Source of the DNA: a virus
Lineage: Duplodnaviria > Caudoviricetes
Length of the DNA stretch: 64,000 nt
Virus record (IMG/VR): IMGVR_UViG_2885526491_000007
Location: 1 to 64,000 of that record
Strand: one strand, 5' to 3'
The position numbers and the translations under genes are program-made. The first letter of the stretch is position 1. Each line of letters begins with the position of its first letter. This document shows, piece after piece, positions 20,747 to 31,971 of the stretch. The notes beneath the pieces were generated by a model. That model had not been told where the DNA came from. It was given only the letters and a program-made list of their open reading frames with translations, and did not search any database.

Positions 20747-21520
20747 TTAATAATCAAAATATTTATTTAGCCATGAGTCTACTGATAAGATTGAATCCTT
20801 AATTCCCTCAGCTAAATCAGCAACTTCCCACTGAGCACCTTTGCCATGCTTACGTTTGTTGTAAAACTCAAGTATAGTGCGCAGATTACCAGTCAATACA
20901 ATGTTCGTAGCAGCGGCGTTAGGCAGTACCATTCTTGCATCTTCTGCTGGTACTCCTGCTTTTCGTAGTCGGTCATATGTATATTGAGCATCCTGCATTG
21001 CTTCCTCAAATAAATCCGCAGCCGAACAATTTACATATACTTCGTGTTCGTCATTAGTTGGAGCAATCTTTCCGCTTAAACTAGGAGGGCTAACAAATTC
21101 AAATCCACCAATTTTATCGTCCGATCCCATTCGTACATAGCGCTGACTTTGAACACTAAAGGAGAGATGACGGTGACGAGTTAGTTGTGCCAGCAGTGCT
21201 CTGCTGACTCCTTCTACAGAAAAAGTATAACTGATGTGTTCAAGTGTAGAGGTGTGACCTGAGCCAGTAATGTGTCTAAACAACCTATCAGCTTCGGTTC
21301 CACCCAATCCATCTGTTGCCTTGTTTTTAAAATATTTTTCACCTTCAATGTCAACAATTTCCGATGGTTTGTTTGGACTATAGCATGTACGAATAGCTGT
21401 TAAGGCTACAACTTGACTATCTTTGATTACATCATCACCAATTAGCTTCAAGATATCACTAGAAATAGTATCGCAAAATTCATGAGAAAGCTGTGTGTGA
21501 GCAATTAGTTTAATATTCAT
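20747..21520 (-). CDS. thyX: FAD-dependent thymidylate synthase
   Basis: RHRHLSFSVQSQRY, EDARMVLP. Confidence 0.95.
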   Translation of the reverse strand: MNIKLIAHTQLSHEFCDTISSDILKLIGDDVIKDSQVVALTAIRTCYSPNKPSEIVDIEGEKYFKNKATDGLGGTEADRLFRHITGSGHTSTLEHISYTFSVEGVSRALLAQLTRHRHLSFSVQSQRYVRMGSDDKIGGFEFVSPPSLSGKIAPTNDEHEVYVNCSAADLFEEAMQDAQYTYDRLRKAGVPAEDARMVLPNAAATNIVLTGNLRTILEFYNKRKHGKGAQWEVADLAEGIKDSILSVDSWLNKYFDY

Positions 21521-21545
21521 ATATATCTCCTTTAAAATTCAAATT

Positions 21546-21570
21546 AAAAGGCAGTGGATTAACCACCGCC
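21546..21570 (-). terminator. Rho-independent terminator
   Basis: GGCGGTGG-TTAAT-CCACTGCC-TTTT. Confidence 0.6.
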
Positions 21571-21578
21571 CATATGTA

Positions 21579-22103
21579 TTAGATAAATCGCGATGCTCCA
21601 AGTTCAATCTGACGTTTAATTTCTTCTTCAATCTTCGGTTCTGGCGCTTCCCATCGATCAGGCTTAATTACTTTACCAACCTCATTATAATGTGGTTTTC
21701 CATCTGGGAAAATTTTTTGCATGTTTGCATTATGCACAATATCAAAAATTTTGTCTGGAATAACCGATGCTTCAACAAGTCCACCTTCAGCAAAATATTT
21801 AATGTCAATTAGCGCATCAATCTGACCAATTAAACGATCTTCAGGAAAGGGTTTGGTTAATTGCTTATCATATGTATCGTAAATTGATTTAATAAGGTTA
21901 TGCACAAATTCATTGAACTTTAATTTGTTGCCGTTAGACGATGCATAGAGCAACTCAACTACTTCTTCCATGATAAAATTTGCTCTATTAGTGACCAACT
22001 TATCATCCAGTGCTGTAGGTTCTTCTGGTGCGGGACAATTAAATGCTTTCTGAAATTCCCTTACTTTTTCAAAGTTTGTTTTCTGTCTATTTAATACTGT
22101 CAT
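21579..22103 (-). CDS. MazG-like NTP pyrophosphohydrolase
   Basis: VREFQKAF, EEVVE, DALID, NMQK...GKVIKP. Confidence 0.8.
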   Translation of the reverse strand: MTVLNRQKTNFEKVREFQKAFNCPAPEEPTALDDKLVTNRANFIMEEVVELLYASSNGNKLKFNEFVHNLIKSIYDTYDKQLTKPFPEDRLIGQIDALIDIKYFAEGGLVEASVIPDKIFDIVHNANMQKIFPDGKPHYNEVGKVIKPDRWEAPEPKIEEEIKRQIELGASRFI

Positions 22104-22135
22104 ATGTATTTCATTGCCCCTCTTAGCTATATTTT

Positions 22136-23167
22136 TTAAAGATCATCAAATCCGTTATCATCGCCAACCTTACCATAGTTACGTGATTTAGCCTCGAAGA
22201 AATCTGTCTTCGTAGAGTTCAAAGCTTCATCAGAGAACGGTTTAATCCAAGGCATACAGTTCACATCTACACCTTCATATAACTTCTCCATACCCATCAA
22301 CTTCAGACGTTTATTTGCAGTGTATTTGATGTAATCGCTCAACTCATCTAGATCAATACTCTGAATGTCTTTGAGGGTGTAATGACCCCAATTGGTTTCA
22401 AGTTTAACCGCTTGATCAATCGTGTTATAGACATACTCCATGTTCTCAGGTGTATTCAGTTCAGGGAAGTCCACCAGCAACTGTTTGTACACTTCCGCGA
22501 AGAAGTAACAATGCTGATTCTCATCTCTTTGTATATAGGATACCATCTGACTTGTAGCCATCATTTTTTGATCGCGCGCCAGATTGTAGAAGAAAGCAAA
22601 TGTACTGTAGAAGAAGATGCCTTCAAGAATTAAATCGGCAACCATTGACTTAAAAAATGTTTGAGGATTAGGATTGTCACGAAATCCTTGATAAATATCT
22701 GAGATGAATTGATTACGCTCAAGCAATACAGGGTCATGTTTCCAATACTCAAAGATCTCTTTCTGCTCTTGATCAGATACAATTGAGGAAAGCACATAGG
22801 AGTATGACTGGTTATGTACTACTTCTTGTTGCCCAATGATTGCAGAAATTGCTTCTAATGATGAATCTGTGAAATACCTTTTTACATCACCAACAAACAT
22901 TGTTTGCATTGAGTCCAATACCGCAAGTAGTGAAATATTAATTTTGAATGTGTCTTGCTCCACTTTGCTAAGTTGAGTGAACTGGGAAGCGTCTTTAGAC
23001 ATTGGGATCTCATCTGCAATCCAATGATTGAGTAGCAACACTTTGTATAGCTTATACATATGAGGCATTCGGATATCGTTCCAGTTAAGGATACCCGAAT
23101 TTTCTCCCTCAATAATACGTGTTGATTTATTTGGTGCTTCTGTGTTGAAGATTTTCTGAATTTTCAA
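22136..23167 (-). CDS. nrdB: Ribonucleotide reductase class I beta subunit
   Basis: EVVH, EGIFFYSTF, DENQH, TDFFE. Confidence 0.93.
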   Translation of the reverse strand: MKIQKIFNTEAPNKSTRIIEGENSGILNWNDIRMPHMYKLYKVLLLNHWIADEIPMSKDASQFTQLSKVEQDTFKINISLLAVLDSMQTMFVGDVKRYFTDSSLEAISAIIGQQEVVHNQSYSYVLSSIVSDQEQKEIFEYWKHDPVLLERNQFISDIYQGFRDNPNPQTFFKSMVADLILEGIFFYSTFAFFYNLARDQKMMATSQMVSYIQRDENQHCYFFAEVYKQLLVDFPELNTPENMEYVYNTIDQAVKLETNWGHYTLKDIQSIDLDELSDYIKYTANKRLKLMGMEKLYEGVDVNCMPWIKPFSDEALNSTKTDFFEAKSRNYGKVGDDNGFDDL

Positions 23168-23186
23168 TTATATATTCTCCTTATAT

Positions 23187-25517
23187 TTAACTAGAACAAG
23201 AGTCACATTCATCAATAATTAATGCACGACTTCGTACATAATAGGTCGATTTCATACCAGCTCTCCAAGCATGAAGATGTAACTCTAGAAACTCTGTAGC
23301 TTTGATGTCTGGACGAACATAAAAATTAAAACTTTGACCTTGGTCGACGTGACGTTGACGAGCTCCAGCCATATTAATTGAGGCGTGTTGATCAACCTTA
23401 AATGAAGTCTTATAATACCAAATTGTTTTCTCGTTTAAATCTGGTGCAGGATTTGCAATTTTGTAAGTAGTTTTTTCTTCATAGGAGATCAATTCATATA
23501 GCGGATCGATACTTGCAGTTGAGCCAGCAATAATCGAAGTAGATCCGTTAGGCGCTATAGCAAACATCCAAGCATTACGAACTCCGTTTTCTCGTACCTC
23601 AGTCTGCAATTCTATCCATTGTTCAGTAGTTACATATTTACCTTCTCGATTCCCCGATACATATTCACGTTTAACGAAATACTCTCCCGTATCCCAATCA
23701 GACCCTTTGAATTTTGGATAATGTCCTTTTTCTTTGGACAGTTCCATACTGGCTTTTACGAGCAAGTAGTTAATTTTTTCATATAGATTATCGTTATATG
23801 TGACAGCTTCTTCAGACTCCCAACGAATACCCTCAAGAGCAAGCAAATGATGTAGTCCGAATGTTCCTAATCCAATAGCTCTATACTGTGCATTTGTATA
23901 TTGCGCTTGTAGTACATCAATATTGTTAATATCGATCACATTATCCAACATTCGAGTTTGTATTGGAACAAGTCGCTCAAGAACATTATCTGGTACTGCT
24001 TTAGACAAGTTAATGGAGTTGAGATTACATACTACAAAGTCGCCGGGAATTTTGGAGATAATGATACGCGTTTGACCGTCTTTAGTTACCAACTCTTCTT
24101 TTTCAACTACAGTAGGGGATTGATTCTGCATAATCTCTGTACAAAGATTCGAGGAAAATATCATTCCATGTACACTGTTAGTGTTTGCGCGATTCACTGT
24201 ATCACGATAGAACATATATGGTGTTCCAGTCTCTAATTGAGATTTCATCACACGCTTCATAATATCAATTGACTGAACAGTGATTCTCTGTAGTAAAGGA
24301 TGATTTACTGCTTCTTCATATTTTTCTCTGAAGGTTCCTCTGCCCAATTCCTCGTCATAGAAGTCTTCCAATCCAAGTGATCGTCCATCGCTATCTTTCC
24401 AACCCATAATAGACTTTACTTCATGTGGACAGAACAGACTCCATTCTCCTCGACTCTCAACTCTTTCCATGAACAAATCAGGAAGGCAGACACCATGGAA
24501 GATGTCGTGTGCTCTCATTCGTTCATCGCCATTATTGAGTTTCAGATCAAGAAAAGCTAAAATGTCACGATGGAATACATCCAAGTAAACCGCTACAGCA
24601 CCTTTACGTGTTCCAAGTTGATCTACGCTGACTGCTGTATTATTTAGTTGGCGAATCCAAGGTACTACCCCTGAACTGGTGTTTTTGTGACCACGAATAT
24701 CAGATCCTCTAGCTCGAACTTTGCCTAGATAAACTCCAATTCCTCCACCAGTTTTACTAAGTCGTGCTACATCTGTATTAGAGTCAAAGATACCCTCCAG
24801 TGAATCATCTACTGTGTCAATAAAACAACTAGACAATTGACCAGCAACCTTTTTACCAGCATTGGATAGTGTAGGTGTAGCAGCCGTCATATATAGATTA
24901 CTCATAGCCCAATAAGCTTCTTTGACTAGATCCATACGTTGGTCTTCAGGTTCTTGATGCATTAAGTACATAGCAATAACCATGTATCTTTGCTGTGGCA
25001 ATTCCATTAGTTTCCCATCAAAGTCATGAGTAAGATAACGTTCTGTTAGGGTAAGCAATCCGATATAATCGAACAGCAGATCATGCTCAGGGTTAATGTA
25101 ATCTCCCAATTCTTCAATCTGTTCTTTTGTATAACAGGTGAGAAGTTCTTCTCTGAAGATTCCTTTTTCAACTAAAGTTTGAATTAGAGGATAGAATGAA
25201 CCATATGGCTCATCCACATAGGACTTATACTTCCGATTGTTTGCAGCCTTTTTATAGAGTTTTGTCAGCAATCCTCTAGCAGCAACAAATTTCCAGTTGG
25301 GTTCTTCCTTTGTGATCAAGTCAAGCGCAGTCATTGAGAATGCTTCGCTAATCTCTTCCGCTGTGACCTCGTCACGTCTTAGCTTACTATTAACACCTTT
25401 GACCAACTTTCCCTTGTCTAACTCAAAGCCACTTAAAACTCTATCTGAATATGTATTGATTCTGTTTTCGTCAAACGCTAGTTGTCTGTTATTCGGTTTG
25501 TTTACTAATCGGGGCAT
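23187..25517 (-). CDS. nrdA: Ribonucleotide reductase class I alpha subunit
   Basis: ATPTLSN, SSCF, SNLCTE, APNGSTS, C-terminal CDSC; ATP-cone-like N-terminus. Confidence 0.95.
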   Translation of the reverse strand: MPRLVNKPNNRQLAFDENRINTYSDRVLSGFELDKGKLVKGVNSKLRRDEVTAEEISEAFSMTALDLITKEEPNWKFVAARGLLTKLYKKAANNRKYKSYVDEPYGSFYPLIQTLVEKGIFREELLTCYTKEQIEELGDYINPEHDLLFDYIGLLTLTERYLTHDFDGKLMELPQQRYMVIAMYLMHQEPEDQRMDLVKEAYWAMSNLYMTAATPTLSNAGKKVAGQLSSCFIDTVDDSLEGIFDSNTDVARLSKTGGGIGVYLGKVRARGSDIRGHKNTSSGVVPWIRQLNNTAVSVDQLGTRKGAVAVYLDVFHRDILAFLDLKLNNGDERMRAHDIFHGVCLPDLFMERVESRGEWSLFCPHEVKSIMGWKDSDGRSLGLEDFYDEELGRGTFREKYEEAVNHPLLQRITVQSIDIMKRVMKSQLETGTPYMFYRDTVNRANTNSVHGMIFSSNLCTEIMQNQSPTVVEKEELVTKDGQTRIIISKIPGDFVVCNLNSINLSKAVPDNVLERLVPIQTRMLDNVIDINNIDVLQAQYTNAQYRAIGLGTFGLHHLLALEGIRWESEEAVTYNDNLYEKINYLLVKASMELSKEKGHYPKFKGSDWDTGEYFVKREYVSGNREGKYVTTEQWIELQTEVRENGVRNAWMFAIAPNGSTSIIAGSTASIDPLYELISYEEKTTYKIANPAPDLNEKTIWYYKTSFKVDQHASINMAGARQRHVDQGQSFNFYVRPDIKATEFLELHLHAWRAGMKSTYYVRSRALIIDECDSCSS

Positions 25518-25585
25518 TAAAATCCTCACTTTCAAATGTATATATCTGTGTAAAAGAATTATTTTATTATAATAATATGTATTAT

Positions 25586-25834
25586 TTAGACGTATTTCTC
25601 TTCAACCTCTACTACCGTAACCCTATCCCCTACACTCATCGTATAGTTTTGTTTAAAGAATCGGTTCATTGCATATTCCACGGCTACCATCTTCATTTCA
25701 CTGATGCTAACTGGATTCTCTCCCGCCATTTCGTAACAATCTTCCTCGTCTACATTGACCCAAAAATCAACCTCTTCTGTCTGTTCTTCTCCATAATCAC
25801 GATCTAGTACAACTCTAAACTGCATTATCATCAC
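25586..25834 (-). CDS. Hypothetical acidic protein
   Basis: ORF with RBS. Confidence 0.55.
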   Translation of the reverse strand: MMIMQFRVVLDRDYGEEQTEEVDFWVNVDEEDCYEMAGENPVSISEMKMVAVEYAMNRFFKQNYTMSVGDRVTVVEVEEKYV

Positions 25835-26356
25835 CTCCTTGAATTAATCACTTTCTATCTCTGGTGTGAAACACTACTCGGCTAAACTCATTCCAAGCGT
25901 TATTCCACACCTCTTCTCCGTACTTGTCATATTTCTTAAACTGCTCTCTTCCTATATGCTGCTTCAACTTCTTGGTTACATAACTATCTTCATGTAACTT
26001 AGCTTCATTATCTGTGTCGACATCTTCATTGAAACATTCAATCAACACTCTCGATAAACTTAATGTTGCTTCATTTAGTCTTTGAACTTCTTTTTCCTCC
26101 CCACTTGCTTCATTTTTTGTCTTTCTAAGTAGTTCTTCACTTCAAAATACTCTTTAACTGATTCTTCCATACTGTTTGTTTTGAGATGTTGTCGATCAAT
26201 AGCCATATTTAGAGCTTCCAAACTTTTGTTTAACTTATCTAGCGAATTCTGAAGCTTACTATTTCTATTCATCTTCAACACCTCTTCTTGTTGTTTGTAT
26301 TATCAGTTTAATCCAACACACTAGTTTAGTCAATATGTATTTTCACTCTTAAAATA

Positions 26357-26737
26357 TTAATCTCGCGGTGATAGGTTAAATTTAATATTACCAAATAACG
26401 TATCATTTGCGCTTCCGGTAAAGTTATCCAATACATGCTCATTTTCTTTGTCTGTGTGCTCAATAATCAACACGTTATATTTCTCATCATAATGCATACC
26501 ACCCAATTTAAACTGTACGGGAATATTCTGTGATGAAGCTGCTGTTGCGATTGCCTGAATAAGTTCTGACTCATGCTTTTCCCTAATCGTTTTATATGTC
26601 CCAGTAGGTAGGGTAAGCGTATACGGAGTACCATCCACACTGAATGTAAAGATATTGTTGCTAGTATTAATTGTGACCTGCTTATTAATGTCTACAGATC
26701 CCCATACTTGTTGTCCATATTTAGCTATAATGTCCAT
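26357..26737 (-). CDS. Hypothetical protein
   Basis: ORF with GAGGAG RBS. Confidence 0.65.
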   Translation of the reverse strand: MDIIAKYGQQVWGSVDINKQVTINTSNNIFTFSVDGTPYTLTLPTGTYKTIREKHESELIQAIATAASSQNIPVQFKLGGMHYDEKYNVLIIEHTDKENEHVLDNFTGSANDTLFGNIKFNLSPRD

Positions 26738-26933
26738 CTCCTCAACTGATTTTTATTCCAGTTCTATTTGTCTCTAACCTACTTTAAATAAAAGGTACAT
26801 TTTACAGAGTCTACTGTAGAGGTTGAATTACAAATCCATACTCTTTTGCTCTATAAGCTGCTTTTTGATCAAACTTACTCGAACCACTTATTTTAAATTC
26901 TATATTTTACATTATTTTCAATAAATCGTACTT

Positions 26934-27863
26934 TTGGACCATGTGAACAATGGGATTAAGAAATATACTTACATTGATAGAAATATTAACTATAAAAGGA
27001 GTGTATTACTGTTGTTCAAACTAGCAAAAACCTCTCTTGTATTGTCTATTGCTCTTTTCAGTTCTCTATCTTTTGCGTCTTTTGGCTCAGCCGAGGCTGC
27101 AAACAATGATGATGTTGCCCTATTCTATCTAAACCATGCAAAAGTTTCGGGCGATACTCCAGCTGAACCCATCCAAAATAAGTTCATTAAAGAAGAAGAA
27201 CTCAATCCCACCATTGAAAGATCAACCACAATCCCTGTCTATGATGAAAATGGAAACTTGTTGAATGAATATACAATTGAAAAAAACACTGGTGCTGAAT
27301 CAAAAACTTCTCTACTTCAAACAGGTAAGCTCGTAAACGTTCTTGTTGCTGTGGACGAAGAATATAGAAGCGCCCACAGCGATTGGCAAACAAGGGTATC
27401 CAATATAGTTGAAAGTGCAGATGATCCTTTTAACGAAAAATTTAACATAGATCTTAATATATCTGCATATAAGTATTGGTTCTCAGAAGGAAAAAATGCT
27501 TCAGAGTTACTAAGTCATTTAAAGGGTGACGGAAAAGATTCCTATGATTTAGTTATCGGTTTTACAGGTGAGTCGGACTTTTATGGAGTAAACGGTGATT
27601 TTATTGGTGGGCTCGCATATATGTACTCCAGTAAGCCCCCATATGCAGGCTATAGTGTGGTAAGCAACCAATCATTATCGGGAACAACGCGCGCTTTACA
27701 ACATGAGGTCTCGCATAATTATGGTTTGGACCATGATACAGCAGCCTCCACACCAATCTGCATTATGAATTATAATACAATGTATAGTACTACCACTTGG
27801 CATACTGCTCACTTCAATGAATTAGCTCTGCGAAAACTTTGGTACGGAACAACTTTTAACTAA
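26934..27863 (+). CDS. Secreted zinc metalloprotease (metzincin, reprolysin-like)
   Basis: Signal peptide (true start likely ~27010, after AAAGGAGTG), HEVSHNYGLDH and Met-turn CIM. Confidence 0.85.
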   Translation: MDHVNNGIKKYTYIDRNINYKRSVLLLFKLAKTSLVLSIALFSSLSFASFGSAEAANNDDVALFYLNHAKVSGDTPAEPIQNKFIKEEELNPTIERSTTIPVYDENGNLLNEYTIEKNTGAESKTSLLQTGKLVNVLVAVDEEYRSAHSDWQTRVSNIVESADDPFNEKFNIDLNISAYKYWFSEGKNASELLSHLKGDGKDSYDLVIGFTGESDFYGVNGDFIGGLAYMYSSKPPYAGYSVVSNQSLSGTTRALQHEVSHNYGLDHDTAASTPICIMNYNTMYSTTTWHTAHFNELALRKLWYGTTFN

Positions 27864-27871
27864 ATAATCTT

Positions 27872-27908
27872 AATTGTGCCATAGGTGTTGTCAACTTATG
27901 GCACAATT
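27872..27908 (+). repeat. Inverted repeat / hairpin
   Basis: AATTGTGCCATA...TATGGCACAATT. Confidence 0.6.
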
Positions 27909-27916
27909 TCTCTGAG

Positions 27917-28234
27917 GTGAAATCAATGAACAATAAATTTGTAATTATTTTAATTCTCATGCTTCTCTTGAGTGGCTGTTCAAATCATTCTGCAAATAAT
28001 CTACCCAAAGGAGATGACCCAGTATCCTGGATTAATTTTGAAGGCAAAAAGTACGAATTTTACAAAACAGATGTTTCTGTTGATGATTCTCTCATTTCAA
28101 CAAATGAAAAAACTGATGCAGACGATGGAGTAGAAAGTAACTTAGAAATATTTAAAGCGGAAAGTGAAAATGGTGTTAGTTTGTTTATTCAAGATCCAAT
28201 TAGTAAGGAATGGGTTGAATATAGGTTAAAGTAA
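27917..28234 (+). CDS. Lipoprotein
   Basis: Lipobox LSGC after hydrophobic signal. Confidence 0.8.
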   Translation: MKSMNNKFVIILILMLLLSGCSNHSANNLPKGDDPVSWINFEGKKYEFYKTDVSVDDSLISTNEKTDADDGVESNLEIFKAESENGVSLFIQDPISKEWVEYRLK

Positions 28235-28568
28235 ATAATAGATACCATTTGATTGTCTATTTCGTTACGAGTAAAATGGAGATAAAATTTGACTTTCATT
28301 AACATTTCATCCTCTAAAAACCCTTATATATCAATACTTTTCTGACTCAAGTAAAGCTAAAATCTCATGATAGGCAGTCATTCGACCAAATTTCCTTCCA
28401 TGACTACATCCCATCTCATAGCAATCATCAAAGTTGCCTCCTGACCAGTCTTCAGGGTTGTAGTCTTCTTCAATGTCCTTATTGATGTCATCGATATACT
28501 CTTGCAATGTCTCAATCTTATTTCTCAGTGCTTCAGCAAGATCCATATAAACATCTCCTTGAATTGTT

Positions 28569-28991
28569 TTACAGTAACTCAGTAATCTCTTGATTAATCT
28601 CGTCAATCTTTGTATTGTAGTATGTATTTTTCTTGACTTTTGCCTCTTCAAACTGCTTCAAATTATCCAAGCATTGTTTTAGGTAGTGATTCACACATCC
28701 TTCTTTCGTGCGGAAAATGCTGAGGGACACACCTGCATATGCTCTGTAACCAGTGTTGTCATATGGAGCAATAACTGCGCTCGACAGTTTTTCATTACCT
28801 TTGACCTCTCGAAAGTGAAAATCAGAATAATAGACTTTTTTATTTTTTGGTAAGTCTTCGTTGCTGATAACTACAACTTTTTTAGGTGGAATATGGCGAA
28901 TTGCCTTGTTGTCGACATCATTATAACGATAATCACAAATCCAAACTACATCACCAATCTTAGCCTTCGATCTGAACTCTAAGTGATTCAA
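28569..28991 (-). CDS. Hypothetical phage protein
   Basis: ORF with RBS. Confidence 0.65.
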   Translation of the reverse strand: MNHLEFRSKAKIGDVVWICDYRYNDVDNKAIRHIPPKKVVVISNEDLPKNKKVYYSDFHFREVKGNEKLSSAVIAPYDNTGYRAYAGVSLSIFRTKEGCVNHYLKQCLDNLKQFEEAKVKKNTYYNTKIDEINQEITELL

Positions 28992-29021
28992 CTACTCTCC
29001 TCCTTGTGAGATATATGCCTT

Positions 29022-29318
29022 TTAGTTCATTGTGTGGAGCGGATTATCGATCGCTTTATCTATTTCGTTTACAGTAGCCAATCTCCAATTATTAACTACG
29101 TAATGATAACCCCTACTGTAGCTTCCATCTAAATTGTCAGCAGAAAAATCTATAGACCCTTTTTCTAATCCACTTACTCTTGCCACTTTACCCGCTTCTC
29201 TGTCAAAAATGTATACACCAATACTAATCTGCTTCTTGGATTCATTTTCAATTTCAGCTAATTCACGATATCTTTTAGCTTCTTTCTCATGATATTTGAC
29301 TTGTTTATAAAAAGACAT
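29022..29318 (-). CDS. Hypothetical phage protein
   Basis: RBS right after palindrome site. Confidence 0.6.
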   Translation of the reverse strand: MSFYKQVKYHEKEAKRYRELAEIENESKKQISIGVYIFDREAGKVARVSGLEKGSIDFSADNLDGSYSRGYHYVVNNWRLATVNEIDKAIDNPLHTMN

Positions 29319-30166
29319 TGATCATTCTCCTTTCCCTTTGAAATACGCCTTTCATTTGGATCTCACTAAACTTGACAAATCAAACAACAGTCCCACCAAA
29401 AAGAAAATTACATAATATCCTGAGACGGTAATAGTGAGACCGAATAGTTCTTCTAAGCCAGTTACGCATATTGCATCAAATCCAAACAGTGATAAGAACC
29501 ATGCCAATATTAAACCACTCACACAATTCAGTTAATTGTCCTCCTTTCCCATTGGGCGCTTATATCAATATCGGGGGTTCAAAGATTCATTAACAGTTGA
29601 AAAGATAACCTGAATTTGATTAGCCCAAGGTTTTAGGGTAGGATCTAACCTTCTAATTTCACCTAACTCTGTTTCGGAAACTTGATTGTAGAAATCGTTC
29701 TCACCATATTTGATCCACTCAAATCCTTCACGAAGGACATTGATTCCGTTGATCAGTTCCACAATCATTCCTTCTTTAAACGAATCATCATCTGAGTAAT
29801 ATGCATCAGTAATTTCTCTTAGGCGTTCTGGTGTCAGTCCCATAGATTTTTCTCCTTTCAGTAGTTGAGCTAAGTATTCATCTTTATTTTCTTCTATGTA
29901 TTTCATTGTTTTACTTAAACTCATATCCTCAGCTCATCTCTTAAGTAGATTTATCTTTAGTTGAATTTAAGAATAATATCACAATACCTTTGACTCTTTT
30001 GGAATAATATCTAAGCCAGCAGCATAATCTTCTGCCGTTTCATAAATGTCATAACCATCTTGTTTAGTCTTAACAATGATGCAATCTGGAACCTCGACAC
30101 CGTTTTGATCAACAATCTCATAAATCTCAATCTAATCACTCATTTCCTGATGAAATCTCACATTTA

Positions 30167-30529
30167 TCAACTTTCTTTATTGACTTCAACACTAATAGAT
30201 AGTTGATTTGCAACAATGTCGGTCAAGTTGTCAGTCAATACTTTAGATACTCGTTGCTTGAAAGCATCTTTTGACCAATAATCACTTCTAAATGAGCCGT
30301 AAATTTCTTGCTTAACAACATCTTCAATTGTTCGTTCAATATAAGCAATCTTGTTAACCTTACTTATCTCTGTTTGGACAGTTTCTTTAATGATTTGGAG
30401 GATATCATCTTTAGTGATTCCTAATTCATTATGCATGTAGTTCTTTACAGCATTGTATTCTGCTCTAAATTCTTTAGGTGGTTTGCTGGTAACAGTCTGA
30501 TTTTTTCGATCTACAGAGTTTTCATTCAT
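30167..30529 (-). CDS. Hypothetical phage protein
   Basis: Bounded by palindrome sites 30151 and 30551. Confidence 0.65.
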   Translation of the reverse strand: MNENSVDRKNQTVTSKPPKEFRAEYNAVKNYMHNELGITKDDILQIIKETVQTEISKVNKIAYIERTIEDVVKQEIYGSFRSDYWSKDAFKQRVSKVLTDNLTDIVANQLSISVEVNKES

Positions 30530-30567
30530 TCGTTACTCTCCCTTTCTCAGTCAAATATATCTTTCAC

Positions 30568-31035
30568 TTAGAATGCTAAATTGTAAATCATATACCCAAA
30601 ATATGTTGTCCAGATCATTGCTGTTAGTGTACTATTAAGTGTCACATTTTTATTACTTAGTACTTTCATCTTTTCAGTAACAAGTTCTGAATCGGTCATA
30701 TCTTTAGCTTTTTTCTTTAATGAAGAGTGAATCCACATAAAAATGAAGAGTAGAATTGCAAGTAGTGTTGGAATCTTAATCGGATCAAATCCAATGGCAG
30801 CAACCAAATAAATTGCTTCAATAACAGTCAGTACTAATGCAATCATTAGCGGTAAGCAACCATCCTTCATAAAGCTATCAAGTAACTTACTATTATATTC
30901 ACTGTTTGTTCTTTTTCCTTCTATTTCAGAAATCTCTAATAGCTTCAATTTCTTACCTGTCTCTGAGAATATGGAGCCCTTAAAGACGGTGTACAGGTTT
31001 ATAGCAAAGAATAAAATTGATAGAAAAATCATCAT
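30568..31035 (-). CDS. Membrane protein
   Basis: About four hydrophobic segments. Confidence 0.65.
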   Translation of the reverse strand: MMIFLSILFFAINLYTVFKGSIFSETGKKLKLLEISEIEGKRTNSEYNSKLLDSFMKDGCLPLMIALVLTVIEAIYLVAAIGFDPIKIPTLLAILLFIFMWIHSSLKKKAKDMTDSELVTEKMKVLSNKNVTLNSTLTAMIWTTYFGYMIYNLAF

Positions 31036-31971
31036 AAATCTAAATCACTCCTATTATTTTATGGATGAATCCAGGCATGAATTTCGTCTGCACGAAGCAA
31101 CTCACAAAGTTGATTTAAATTACATCTACGTTTAACCGCATCCCACATAAAACCCTTATAGCCAAACTCTTTCTCGCAAAATTCCACTGCCTCGTCTACC
31201 TCCGTAAATGTCTTTTCTTCGTTCTCCAAATCAATAATCAACATATTTTCAATTCTCCCCTGTGTATAGTTTGCTAGTTTCGTACTGATCGTGAATAATA
31301 TCTAATGCTTCCCGTAGCCCAAGAATTTCACCTTCATGAGCAATTGGATCTGTATCCTTGTAGTAATTAAGTGATACTTCAATATCTTCAATGATCTTTT
31401 CAATTAGTGCTTCCATTTATGTATTTCTCCCTTCTAGAATCGTACAGTTGGGTAAGGATCATAAATATCTTTCTTTCTACTTTGATACAAATTCCATTTA
31501 ATAAATTCTTCAGACAGCTTACGACTCTTCATCTCTTCAAGCATTGCAATTTCAATGTTGGTTTTTCGTTGTTGTGTTCGTAAAACTTCAAGTCTATTTG
31601 TGATATCTAGGTAGCTAAGCTCAGGAAACATTTATTTACCTCCTTCATTCAATCTCTTCAGGATACTTTTCAATGCTTCTCCAATAACTTGAGATGAATC
31701 TCTTGTAGATTTCATTGCGAGGTTCATTTTATTGATTGTTTCATCCATTTTTTCATTTACCTCCCTTGGATTTAAAAAACGGAATGTGTAGTACCATTAG
31801 TGCACCTGCTGGAGCCATCAACTGAGTCAAAGCTATTCCAATGATCTTCCCGATTTCCGTGTAAGGTTTTAGTAAGAATATAAACTGAGCTAAATAATAA
31901 AATGTGAATCCAAATACCAGCCATAGGAACATAAACTTTAATATCAATAGTGTTGATTTGATTTTTCTCAC

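Noticed and set aside
4580-25517. Introns or inteins in dnaE and nrdAB
   Set aside because: Frames are continuous and of normal length; no splicing motifs seen
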